A stretch of DNA of 34,077 nt from Octopus bimaculoides. Lineage: Eukaryota. The notes under the pieces were generated by a model, which had not been told where the DNA came from, made no database searches, and was given only the letters and a program-made list of their open reading frames with translations. A program made the position numbers and the translations under genes. Where the stretch lies: positions 694,718 through 728,794 of the forward strand of contig NC_069009.1 of assembly GCF_001194135.2 (NCBI RefSeq), given 5' to 3'. Each line of letters opens with the position of its first letter. The stretch's first letter is position 1. Positions 1 to 10,695 of the stretch are shown in pieces.

Positions 1-452
1 CATATTCAATGCTTAAAACTACAAAATGTGTTGTTTACTCATTTTTTCCTATATTAAATGCTTATTGAATTCCCATATTGAATGCTTAAAACTACAAAAT
101 GTGTTGTTTACTCTTTTTTATTCATATTAAATGCATATTTGCATAGCAAGTGACCTGATCTGAGATCGTATGCTGGAACGAAAGACACAAAAGTCGTTAG
201 ATTCACTTCAACATTTAAATTTAATGCAGCACGGAATTTTGTCAGTGAACAGGTCGCGGTCTCAAAGCGACGAAAATATTTTGACAAATTAAATTTAAAT
301 GTTGAAGTGAATCTAACAATTTTTGTGTTTTTCGTAAGTGGCTTATAAACACTTTCCACGCTGCAATTGTTAAATGCATATAGAATGCTTAAAAACTACA
401 AAATGTGTTGTTTACTCATTTTTCCCATATTAAATGCATATTGAATGCTTAA
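1..452. repeat. ~70-bp tandem repeat (3 copies) interrupted by a ~230-bp insert containing a 47-bp inverted repeat
   Basis: aatgcttaaaactacaaaatgtgttgtttactc in copies at about 1-70, 74-140 and 378-452; inverted arms 179-225 and 288-334. Confidence 0.85.
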
Positions 453-719
453 CCCTTTTGATACAAACCAGGCTGAAACTGCCTCTGGCTCTATAGTACA
501 AATGTCTTGCTTTCAGGGGAAGGGGCCAGTTGATTACATCAACCCCAGTACTTAACTGGTACTTATTTTATTGATCATGAGAGGACAAAGTCAACCTTGA
601 CAGAATTTGAACTCAGAACATAAAGACAGATGAAACACCGAAAAGCATTTAGCCTGGCATGCTAACAATTCTGCCAGCTCCCTGCCTTATAATCCTATGT
701 ATGCATGTATACATATAAT

Positions 720-945
720 CCTATGTGTGCATGCCTTTGTGTCTGTGTTTGTCCCCCACCACCATTTAACTGGTGCTGGTATGTTTACATCCCTGTAACA
801 AAGCAGTTTGTAAAAGGAGACTGATAGAATAAGTTAGAGGCTTAAAAAAAATAAGTCTGACTTATTTTTTAAAATTGTTTCACTGAAATTCTTCAAAGCG
901 TGTCCCAGCATGGCCACAGTCAAATTTAGAACAAATAAAAGAGAA
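720..945 (+). mobile_element. SINE family 1, 3' portion
   Basis: tgtccccca..gtaac..gatagaataag..ccagcatggccacagtcaaat..acaaataaaagag matches other copies in the window. Confidence 0.7.
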
Positions 946-1269
946 AAAAACATTTCATATTAGCGGAATGTATCATGTGACTGCTGCCACTCTCCAATAA
1001 CTACAAAATGTCACATACAAACAAAACAAATATATATATATATATTTATTATTCAATCAACAGAAGTTACAAAATATGTATATAAACACTCATGTTTTGA
1101 GTTCTGTTTTCCTATTTGTGCCACAAAATCAAATAAATATGGTATACAATATATCTTTCTCTTCATCATCGTCGTTTAACGTTGGCTTTCCATGCTAGCA
1201 TGGGTTGGACGATTGACTGAGGACTGGTGGACCAGGAGGCGACACCAGGCTCCAATGCAGAATTAATGC

Positions 1270-2347
1270 ATGATGGCAGCTCCTACAGTGGATTTTGGTA
1301 AAATTGAAACACACGAAGTTCCTCTTTTGCAAGGCGAAGGGAGCTGCGGAAATCCATGATGGGATGAAGGCAGTCTTGAACGATGGCTGCCCATCTTACT
1401 CCACAGTGAAGATATGGATGTCAAGGTTCTGGACTGGTCGTTTTGAGGTCATAGACGAACCCTGATCAAGATGGCCAACTTCTATATTACAGAGGACAAA
1501 GGCGACACTGTACACATCATGATTCTTGACGAGTGCTGGATTTCAGCTAAAGTCATAGCTGTGACAGGATTTCCCCACAAAAGTTTTGGCCACCTCATCC
1601 ACAGCATCCTGGACACAAAGCTTCCCGCAAAATAGGTGCTGAAATGCCTGAACACAGATCGGAAGCGCATCAGAGTGTTGACATCAAAGGTGATTTTGGA
1701 CCAGTTTGCAGCAAGAGAGGTTGACTTTATGGCTTGTTTAGTCACCATGAATGAAGCTTAGCTTCATCATTATGAACTCCAGACGGACGAACCCCAGACC
1801 AAGCAGCATTCAATGGAGTAATCGTCACAAAACCTTCACTGTGTCCCCAAGAAGTTCCATGTTCAGAAGTCAGCTGGTCAGATTCTGGCTTCAGCGTTCT
1901 GGGACAAAGAAGGACTACACCTCATAAAGTACCTGCTAACGAGTTGCACAATCAACACTGAATACTACAAGTCTCTGTTGCACAAACTGTGAAGCTTTGA
2001 AGATGAGATGTGGCATCCTGTTTTTGCCGGACAATGCTTTAGCACACGCAGCATATGAGACTCTATGGAAAATACCAACTTTGGCTTTGAATTGGTAGAT
2101 CATCCATCTTATTCTCCTGACTTGGCCCTCTTCAACTATCACCTCTTTCCAGAACTGAAGAAACATCTTAAGGGAATGAAATTTCACTCCAATTCAGAAG
2201 TGATCGCTGCTACAGGGGGCGGGGACCCCACCTTTTGAGTTCTTTTACAGGGATTAGAAAAACTGAGATGGGAATATGTTGCATAAAATCCTAATTAACT
2301 GATCCTCCCATATTTTCTAAGTTAGGAACTGTCCAGGAACCCCCTTG
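1270..2347 (+). mobile_element. Decayed mariner (D,D34D) DNA transposon
   Basis: Broken frames read HTH segment AAEIHDGMKAV..SYSTVKIWMSRF..G..DEP, a degraded WVPK-type segment, VTMNEA*LHHYE, QKSAGQILASAFWD, DNALAH and GFELVDHPSYSPDLALFNYHLFPELKKHLKG. Probable right TIR at about 2318-2347; left TIR not found. Confidence 0.9.
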
Positions 2348-2412
2348 TGCATGTGTGTGTGTGCATATATATACATACGCAGATTAAATAGACAGACAGA
2401 TAAACATATTAT

Positions 2413-2640
2413 CCTCATTTTAAGGTCCTCTTTCCTATGCTTGCATGTGCCAGGGTTTATTGAGCAGATTTTCTGCAGTTGGATGCTTTTCCTGTCCCCA
2501 ACCCTCAACTATTTCCAAAGAAAGGTAATACTTCCTCCATGACCAACCACGTTCTTTTGCAGAATATTGGAAATGAACGACACTGCTTGTATGACAGGGA
2601 TTCTCATTTACAACTATCATGCGATGTCAAGTAAAGAACA
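2413..2640. mobile_element. Dispersed interspersed repeat (retroposon-like); copies at 9250-9490, 11101-11330 and 19605-19845, with related heads at 1163-1255 and 30905-30951
   Basis: Shared motifs tttaa.gt.cact/gcttttccatg.t.gcatgg, ggatgc.c.tcc, aaggtaatatttc..catgg, atgtcaag. Family and strand not determined. Confidence 0.7.
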
Positions 2641-2739
2641 CACACACACACACACACCCATTCCTGTATATTTGTGTGTAGTTAAGTATTTATTTCACAA
2701 AAAAAAAAAAAATTTACCATAGAAATCACAGATATGGGG

Positions 2740-2804
2740 TTTTACACCTGTATGAATAGATGAATGGTTAAGAAAGATTCCCCACAGATATCACAAAGAT
2801 ATGG
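2740..2804 (-). pseudogene. Finger remnant downstream of the A1 stop
   Basis: After TAA the frame reads PYLCDICG, followed by a deleted finger and attcatacaggtgtaaaaccc. Confidence 0.7.
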
Positions 2805-3485
2805 TTATCCTGTATGAATACGTATGTGTTTAGTTAATTGAGCACTTTGAGAAAATGATTCAGTACAAATATCACAGTGATATGGTTTTTCTTCTGTGTG
2901 GGTAGCCTTATGTTTAGTAAGGCTGCTACTCTGAGAGAAGGATTTACTACAAATATCACAGTGATATGGTTTTTCGCCTGTGTGAATGCGTATGTGTTTA
3001 GTGAGATGAATACTTTGAGAGAATGATTCCCCACAGGTGTCACAGTGATATGGTTTCTCTCCGGTATGAATGCGTTGGTGTGTAACTAATTTATGCTTTT
3101 GAGAGAATGGTTTATCACAGATATCACAAACATAAGGTTTTTCTCCAGTATGGATACGTTGGTGAGTAATCAGGTTACCTTTTAGAGAAAATGCCTCACC
3201 ACAGATGTGACAAGGATATGGTTTTTCCCCTGTATGGATACGTTTGTGAATGATTAAGTTACCCTTTTGCGAGAATGATTTACCACAGATATCACAGCAA
3301 TATGGCCTCTCTCCTGTATGAATAGATTTATGTTTAGTCAGTTTACAATTTTGGGAAAACGATTTACCACAGACATCACAATTAAATGAAGTTCTTCCTT
3401 TCTCATTCTTCAAGTCATCGGGTAAAACAATACTTTTAGCCAATATTTTACGAGCAACATTGTTCTCACTAATCTCACTTTCCAT
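2805..3485 (-). CDS. C2H2 zinc-finger protein, type A (A1), 7 fingers, 226 aa
   Basis: 33-aa leader plus 7 tandem CxxC-x12-HxxxH fingers with TGEKP-type linkers; the stop interrupts the last linker (TG*). No KRAB/SCAN/ZAD/BTB domain recognisable. Confidence 0.92.
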   Translation of the reverse strand: MESEISENNVARKILAKSIVLPDDLKNEKGRTSFNCDVCGKSFSQNCKLTKHKSIHTGERPYCCDICGKSFSQKGNLIIHKRIHTGEKPYPCHICGEAFSLKGNLITHQRIHTGEKPYVCDICDKPFSQKHKLVTHQRIHTGEKPYHCDTCGESFSQSIHLTKHIRIHTGEKPYHCDICSKSFSQSSSLTKHKATHTEEKPYHCDICTESFSQSAQLTKHIRIHTG

Positions 3486-4230
3486 CAGTTTTTGTTTTTT
3501 TTTCTTACTACAATATATACTAGTTTTGTTCTATTTTACTCTGAGCAAATATCACTGCTGCTATATTTCCATCAGCTGTGAATTTTGATGATTATCTGAA
3601 GTTGCTGCAGACTCATTTGTAATCCAAAGTTCAATTAAAATGCAAAATCAGTTTGTAAACTTTTCAAGCAGTGAAGAAAAATATTTCTCTCAGTTTTAAA
3701 GAGATATTTATCAGAAATTCAACTATAGATTTATATAAACAGGGTTATATCCATTCTGTGAATTTTGATGATTATCTGAAGTTGCTGCAGACTCATTTGT
3801 AATAAATATTGGTGATGCATCAGAAGCAAACAATTCTTTGCTGTTTCTGATATTCTGAAATGAAAGAAATAAGAATTTAAGATACAGAGACTACTTAAGA
3901 CAAAAAGGTAGAACAACAGAAATTTTACATTTTAATAAAGAAAAATTGTAGATGCATAACAAAAATATTTTTTGGATTCGGATTGGTGGCAGCACACTTA
4001 TGCCCAAAATAGACTACTTATACAAGTATTACCATGATAATAATAATGTGGTAATTCTAAATTCAAATTACGACAAACGTAAATAAACAAACGAAGTTTG
4101 CTTTTAGAAGCGTTGAGATGTCTTTTAGAAAGTTAAAAAAGTGATTTTAAATTCTCACTCGCAGAATAATGCTAATAATATAGCCTGAACAGGATAAACT
4201 ATCCCTATTTTGCAGAGAAAAGTGTAGGTG

Positions 4231-4303
4231 GCTAGCTGTGGACTCGAACTCACATCCCCGTGATTACATGTCACGATGCTTTGACCGATTAAGCTAAACT
4301 ACC
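4231..4303 (-). pseudogene. Degenerate tRNA-Thr(UGU)-like sequence (pseudo-tRNA or SINE head)
   Basis: On -: acceptor GGTAGTT/AGCTAGC (6/7 pairs), D-arm GCTT/AAGC, anticodon arm CGTGA-CATGTAA-TCACG (TGT, but A at position 33), T-loop GTTCGAGT with a defective T-stem. Confidence 0.6.
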
Positions 4304-4625
4304 CACTACAAATTCCTCTGCAAATTAAGATATATAAATCTCGCTTTATGAGACGCTCTCATATGTTAAATTCAAATTACGACAAACGTAAGTAAACAAA
4401 CGAAGTTTGCTTTTAGAAGCGTTGAGATGTCTTTTAGAGAGAGACTCGGAAATTATCTATTACACCAAAATTTATACGTTCTTCAGATTTTTATGCTTTG
4501 AGATTATGAAGATTAAGATTACACATCACAAGAATATGTTTTGAAATTTGATTTATTTTAATTTTTGTCTCCACCTTTTTTTCCATAACTTTCCACCCTT
4601 GCCCTTTTTTGTGAAATTCTTTTCA

Positions 4626-4954
4626 GGGGCGTGGTTATATGGTAAGAAGCTTGCTTACCAATGGCCTGGTTCCAGGTTCAGTCCCACTGTCTGACACCTT
4701 CGACATGTGTTTCTCTACTATGGCTTCATGCTGACCAAAGCCTTGTGAGTAGATTTGGTAGACGGAAACTGAAAGAAGCCCACCATATATGTATATAGCT
4801 ATGTGTGTGTGTGTGTGCATCTTTGTATCAGTCTTTGTCCCCACCCCCACCCCCACCACTTAACAACCAGTGTTGGTGTTTTTATGTTCCCGTAACTTAG
4901 CAGTCTGGCAAAAGGAACCAATAGAATAAGTATCCAGATTAAAAAAATAAAAAT
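4626..4954 (+). mobile_element. tRNA-derived SINE, family 1, near full-length copy
   Basis: A/B-box-like head (tggttatatggtaag..ggttcagtccc), central (TG)n and a 3' body recurring at 720-945, 9563-9705 and 15695-15868. Head or body fragments at 5375-5408 and 20340-20470 (+), and 11035-11095, 11345-11470, 19860-19980, 20085-20220, 21920-21980, 25890-25980 and 26445-26490 (-). Confidence 0.8.
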
Positions 4955-5234
4955 NNNNNNNNNNNNNNNNNNNNNNNNNNNNNNNNNNNNNNNNNNNNNN
5001 NNNNNNNNNNNNNNNNNNNNNNNNNNNNNNNNNNNNNNNNNNNNNNNNNNNNNNNNNNNNNNNNNNNNNNNNNNNNNNNNNNNNNNNNNNNNNNNNNNNN
5101 NNNNNNNNNNNNNNNNNNNNNNNNNNNNNNNNNNNNNNNNNNNNNNNNNNNNNNNNNNNNNNNNNNNNNNNNNNNNNNNNNNNNNNNNNNNNNNNNNNNN
5201 NNNNNNNNNNNNNNNNNNNNNNNNNNNNNNNNNN
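4955..5234. other. Assembly gap (others about 9737-9817, 18062-18664, 18983-19125, 21382-21917, 27072-27190, 30952-31051, 31834-32520)
   Basis: Runs of N; ORF-track frames across them are not informative. Confidence 0.99.
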
Positions 5235-6202
5235 AATTATATCAGAATTTAATGAGAAAATGGTAAAAGAAGAAAAGATGGTGGTGGTGGTGGTGGTGGT
5301 GGTGGGGGGGGGGTAGAGTGTTCCACCTTTTCCCCCCTCTGGGGATAAATGAATACTTTTTTTTAAAGAAAAAGGCGCAGCAGTGGCTGTGTGGTAAGTA
5401 GCTTTTGCTTATGAGGAAACAAAGCCGTCTCGTGTGAATTTTCCGAAACTCCTTTCAACCCACAGGAAAAAAATGTTCACAACAAATTCCAATATAGTCG
5501 TAATCTACACAATCTGAAGCGTATTTATAGAAACATTCATTAAAAGATATCAATTTTACTGGATGTTATGAGGCAACATAATCAGACAGCAAATCAAAAT
5601 TCCATAAATACAATCTGTAATTCTGTAGACTCGAATGGAAAAATGTATCGCTGAAGGACTTCAGTTTGAACAATTTTTATGTTTCATATTTACATCGTTT
5701 TATTAAATCCATTCAGTTGTTAAGCATAAATAAATCCTGGAATTAAAACTATATACTGTCAGGCGGCTTTTGGCCAACCCTATATATGTGGAGTTATGCC
5801 ATTTTATTAAAAATATCTATTCAAGATATTCCAAAAGCAAAGCGTGGTTACAGCCACAATCCTTAAGAATAATTTTTTTCCCGGACTTAACTCTAATCTG
5901 TATCATAAAAAATCTATGAGGAAACAAAGTCGAAACACGTGAAATATCCCTCACCCAACATGTTTTTCTTTGTTTATTTTTCCCACATTGTGTTATAATC
6001 GTAACCTCGATCGTCTGAAAATTATCAGTGGAACATCCCATTATAAAACACTCATTTTAATTAAACTTATGAGGAAACAAAGACAGTGGGAGGGGCAACT
6101 TGTGTAATTATACCGGACTTAATACCGGTAACAAAAAGTTTTCGATTACCCGATGTTCACCTTAATGTTTACTAAACAACATATATATTATATATACCTT
6201 AC

Positions 6203-6887
6203 CTGTTGTTGCTGTATAAAACCAGTGTTTACTGTAAAATATATTTAGTTATTACGACGCGATCTCACGAAGCCATGACCGGAAACAGGAAGTCCGTGTC
6301 ATGTGACTTCTCACTAACGAATAAAATCACAAAGCTTCTCATAAAACCAAAACTATATGAACTGCTGTGTGTGTATATATATATATATATATATAAATAA
6401 ATGAATAAATATATATATGGGTTGAAAAGTTGGGGGCACTGGGAAACCTCTCTAATGTATCCCCGTCTCAAGTATTCTGGGGGATCGGACCAGTTTAGTT
6501 GATTATCTGGCAGTGCCAACGGTTGCTTCTCTTTCACACGTCTTAGAGACTCAGTCACGCGGAACGAGGGAGGATAGGGAAGAGAGGAGGCGCTTAAAAG
6601 AAATGACAAAGCAAGCTGTCACGCTTAAACGCGTAAAGTTGTGGATGTTGTCACTTATGAGTGTCAGAATATTGGCAGAATGAAATGTGGCTTTTCAGTA
6701 AATTATGCCGGTGTTTATTGAGAGAGGGAAAAAATTGTGAATGACACCGGTGTATATTTCAGACAGGGGGAATTTGTCAATGGAGGAGTATCACCTACGT
6801 TACTGCTAATTAGTCTCTAATTAGTTCAGCTAATATAATTATAACGTGTAGTAATTATGTTACGTTAATGTTAGTGGATGATATCGG
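6203..6887. promoter_or_regulatory. Putative bidirectional promoter between A1 exon 1 (-) and B1 exon 1 (+)
   Basis: Outward-facing donors CAG|GTAAGG on - (exon ends 6203) and CGG|GTGAGT on + (exon ends 6887). Visibly CpG-richer than its flanks, with GGAAGT (ETS-like) and CATGTGAC motifs. Both halves are conserved at the other cassettes. Confidence 0.6.
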
Positions 6888-7621
6888 GTGAGTTACATAT
6901 TTCAAAGTCGGCGTTCCATCCCTTTAATTATTTATCATTTCGTCTGCAGACCACATCGTTAATTGTTTTTTTTCTTGATTTATTTACTCAAGATCAGGAC
7001 AGAGGAGGATCCATTCTAATTACCAACAAATGAGGGAATAGGTTTCCTGACCCTGCTTGACTTAAAAAAAAAAAAAAAAAGAAATACAACAAAACACAGG
7101 GACTTTTCTTTTATCTGCAGTGCACAGTATAAATGCGTACATACACGCATACAAAGGCACATATATATATACATATCATTTATTAGGCATCTACTTGTGT
7201 ACATATACACATTTTCTTTTATCTTACACTGCCGTATTGATAATGCAGAAATTATAAGTCTTTTCGCCTACAAGAGTCTGTTTTTGTATGGAAATTGGAA
7301 AGGACTTTAAACTCTTATGGTGAGTTAACCATTAGAAAACAGTTTATAGCAGAGACTCCATCTAAGAATATCTGAAGAAGGAATTGTAATTCCGAAATAT
7401 CATCGGACTATAGATAACTAAATTACAACAGGTATATAATCCATTTTTTTATATTATAGTGCATTGTTGTACCATTCAAAAAGTTTTATTCTTTATAAAA
7501 AAATATATAATTTCCACACTTGTAAGCCGAAATCCACGATTCACGACTAAAAGCTAAACCGTCAGAGATAATATTTGAAGACATTTCTCAGATTTCTGTC
7601 TCAGATTCCTGAAGAATTGAT

Positions 7622-8683
7622 ATGGAAAACGTTAAGGACTTGGACACTTCTACCACAACTAATTTTACCGATGTAGATTCAGCAGCATCGACAGACAGAG
7701 ACGAGAAACCTTTATGGAGTGAAATATTTATTAATCAAGCATCAGTAATTGAACCTATTCCTGAATATTGCTGTGAGATTTGTGGGAAAACATTCAATTC
7801 AGAACAGGATTTCTTCACGCATAAAGACGCACACAATAAGGAAAAACCATTCCATTGTGAAATATGTGGGAAATATTTTGCATATAACAGTTATTTTATA
7901 AGCCATCAAAGAATCCACACTGGAGAAAAGCCGTATCATTGCGAAATATGTGAGAAATCTTTCACTCAGAATTCTCATCTTGTTATCCACATACGTAGTC
8001 ATACAGGGGAGAAACTATTTCATTGTGAAATATGTAATAAATCATTTGTCTCCAACAGTAATTTAACAAAGCATAGGAGAATACATACTGGAGAAAAGAA
8101 CTTCCATTGTGAAGTCTGTGCGAAAGCATTTGGTACTAACAGTGATTTAATCAGGCACAGAAGGATACACACTGGAGAAAAACCATACCACTGTGACATA
8201 TGTGGGAAATCGTTTACTCAAAATTCTTGCCTTGTTATTCACACTCGTAGCCATTCTGGATTAAAACCATATCACTGTGAAGTGTGTGGGAAATCTTTTG
8301 TGGATAATAGTAATCTAAACAGACACAGACAAACACACGCTAAAGAAAAACTGTTCAACTGTAAAACTGTGGTAGAGACTAAGCCTTTTAACTCTGAAAC
8401 TTCTGTAGAAGCTAAGACTTTTAACTTTGAAACTTCGGTAGAGACTAAGCCTTTTATCTCTGAGACTTTGGTGGAGGCTAAGCCTTCAAACTGTGAAACT
8501 TTGGTGGAGGCTAAGCCTTCAAACTGTGAAACTTTGGTAGAAGCTAAGCCTTTTAACCGTGAAACTTTGGTAGAGGCTAAGCCTTCAAACTGTGAAACTT
8601 TGGTAGAAGCTAAGGCTTTTAACTGTGAAACTTCGGTAGAAGCTAAGGCTTTTAACTGTGAAACTTCAAGTGAGGCTGTCTAA
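7622..8683 (+). CDS. C2H2 zinc-finger protein, type B (B1), 7 fingers plus 11-aa repeat tail, 353 aa
   Basis: Acidic leader, 7 C2H2 fingers (CEICGK type), then about 9 tandem copies of V-E-[AT]-K-[PAT]-[FS]-N-C-E-T-[LS]. Confidence 0.93.
   Translation: MENVKDLDTSTTTNFTDVDSAASTDRDEKPLWSEIFINQASVIEPIPEYCCEICGKTFNSEQDFFTHKDAHNKEKPFHCEICGKYFAYNSYFISHQRIHTGEKPYHCEICEKSFTQNSHLVIHIRSHTGEKLFHCEICNKSFVSNSNLTKHRRIHTGEKNFHCEVCAKAFGTNSDLIRHRRIHTGEKPYHCDICGKSFTQNSCLVIHTRSHSGLKPYHCEVCGKSFVDNSNLNRHRQTHAKEKLFNCKTVVETKPFNSETSVEAKTFNFETSVETKPFISETLVEAKPSNCETLVEAKPSNCETLVEAKPFNRETLVEAKPSNCETLVEAKAFNCETSVEAKAFNCETSSEAV
8342..8680 (+). repeat. Coding 33-bp minisatellite (about 9 units plus a proto-unit) in B1; paralog at 18768-18982+
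   Basis: Unit gtagaagctaagccttttaactgtgaaacttcg/ttg, with the frame preserved throughout. Confidence 0.95.
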
Positions 8684-9562
8684 TATATTTATAAAGAATG
8701 ACTTTCACTACAAAAGGAAGGGACCAACCACATTGACTCAATTTATGAATATATCATCATTATACATAACTGAGTACTGAGATTAATTAAACTGACTTAA
8801 TTACTATTCTATGATATATTTTATTGACACAAAACAGCACATCTTGGAAAATTTGTAGACATTCATTAATTGCACATGTTTTGTCTAATTAAGAATTTAT
8901 AAACAAATGGTGGTGCCTGTGTTTATTAAAATGAATTAAACTGACTTAATTATCATTTATGATATAAACTATTATGGTTAACATTTGAGGATTCCAGCAT
9001 ATAATTCCCATGCAGTCCCTTCTGTTTCATAAAGAAGATTGTTGTTACCTCTTTGATGTCTTTATCAATCTTTCTCTTATAAATTTAAACTCATTAGTTC
9101 GCCATGCATGCATTATAGAACATACGTCATGATGAATGAAGCTGAAGAAAGAAAAAGAAACCATTGTCTTTGAATTCTTGTAATCTATGAATCTAGTCTC
9201 TTTTGGGAGAAACATTTTCATTAAAGATTTGTGAATTATGAATTATAATTGTTTTAATGTTCACTTTTCCATGTTGGCATGGATCAAATGGAATTTGTTG
9301 AGACAGGTTTTCTTTGGTTGGATGCCCTCCCATCACACATTTTACATGCAAAGTAATATTTCTTCATGGTTGGTCACATTTCCATTGGCGGTTTGAAACA
9401 AACAGCCCTCACATTTTATATGGTGATACACATCTGCAACAATCACTTGTCATCAAGATGTGGAGACATGCACAAACGCACACACGTGCACCCCTCACCC
9501 CACAAGACGAGCTTCTTTTCATAAAGCTGGGCCTTATATGTAGCTGCTTAAATATGTGCCCC

Positions 9563-9700
9563 TTAATCTAGCGGTTCGGCAAAAGAGACCGATAGAATAA
9601 GTAGTACGCTTACAAAGAATAAGTCCTGGGGTTGATTTGTTCGACTAAATGCGGTGCTCCAGCATGTCCGCAGCCAAATGACCGACACAAATAAAAGAAT

Positions 9701-9705
<5 letters not shown>
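9563..9705 (+). mobile_element. SINE family 1, 3' portion
   Basis: tagcggttcggcaaaagagaccgatagaataagta..ccagcatg..caaatga..acaaataaaagaat, nearly matching 15750-15868. Confidence 0.8.
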
Positions 9706-9736
<31 letters not shown>

Positions 9737-10234
9737 NNNNNNNNNNNNNNNNNNNNNNNNNNNNNNNNNNNNNNNNNNNNNNNNNNNNNNNNNNNNNNNN
9801 NNNNNNNNNNNNNNNNNACCGAAATATAATAAATGATTTACAATTTGATTAATTAACTCCATAACATTGGTGCTAAATATGTAGCCTTTCTGCATTAACC
9901 GAAGTATTGTAATGAATCAGTGAATGACGATTTAATGAAACAAAGAATAATCGAGCAGGGTTTTGCAATTATGCGATTGCGAATACGACCAAAGCAATCC
10001 GGGAAAATACAAAATTTGACCTCGTCCCGAGTAAACGGAACGAATACATAAAATCGATTGAATGTCATTTATTGCAGATTTCTCCTTTTAATTTCTGAAC
10101 GGACTAATTACGGTTGTTCAATATACGGTGCACTTCAACTACTACACTATTTTTTTTTTCAATTTTTCCACCGGGTTACTTCATCATAATAATCATCATC
10201 GCTACAACGACCACTATTTAGGTAGGTATTAGAG

Positions 10235-10357
10235 ATTTGTGATTTTATTTGGTAGAGAAGAAACGAAACATGATTCATTTTACTTCCGTTTCCTTTATCG
10301 GTACGTCGTTATTTAAAAGTATTTAATTGCAAGCACTAGTTGAAATGGCAATAACAG
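10235..10357 (+). promoter_or_regulatory. Putative non-coding first exon / TSS region of A2
   Basis: Aligns with the reverse complement of 6203-6335 (gtgattttatt..tag.gagaag; acatga..acttcc.gtttcc; gcaa.aacag|gtaagg). Confidence 0.6.
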
Positions 10358-10695
10358 GTAAGGTGTATATATATATATATATATATATATCGATTAAAAT
10401 TAAGGTGTACATTAGGAATTGAAAACCTTTAGGTGTTGCTGCTTAGAGAGCGATATTAATTCCCAGCATTGATCGTCTGAAATCGATAATTAAATAGGTT
10501 TAATCAATAACAAGACAAATCAAGATCATTGGTTCTCGTCAATTTTTTGCCTAGGGATCCCTTCGTTCTCTATTTTACTCTACTGGACCTTCGCATTTTT
10601 TATAATGAAATATTATTAGGGGTTGTATTGTGTATTGTAGAAATATAAACAATAAATTTTACCAATATGATTGTATATGAACTAAGGGCCAAGCG

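Noticed and set aside
8342-8680. CRISPR-like interpretation of the 33-bp or 84-bp periodicities
   Set aside because: Eukaryotic context, in-frame coding tandem units, no unique spacers and no cas genes.
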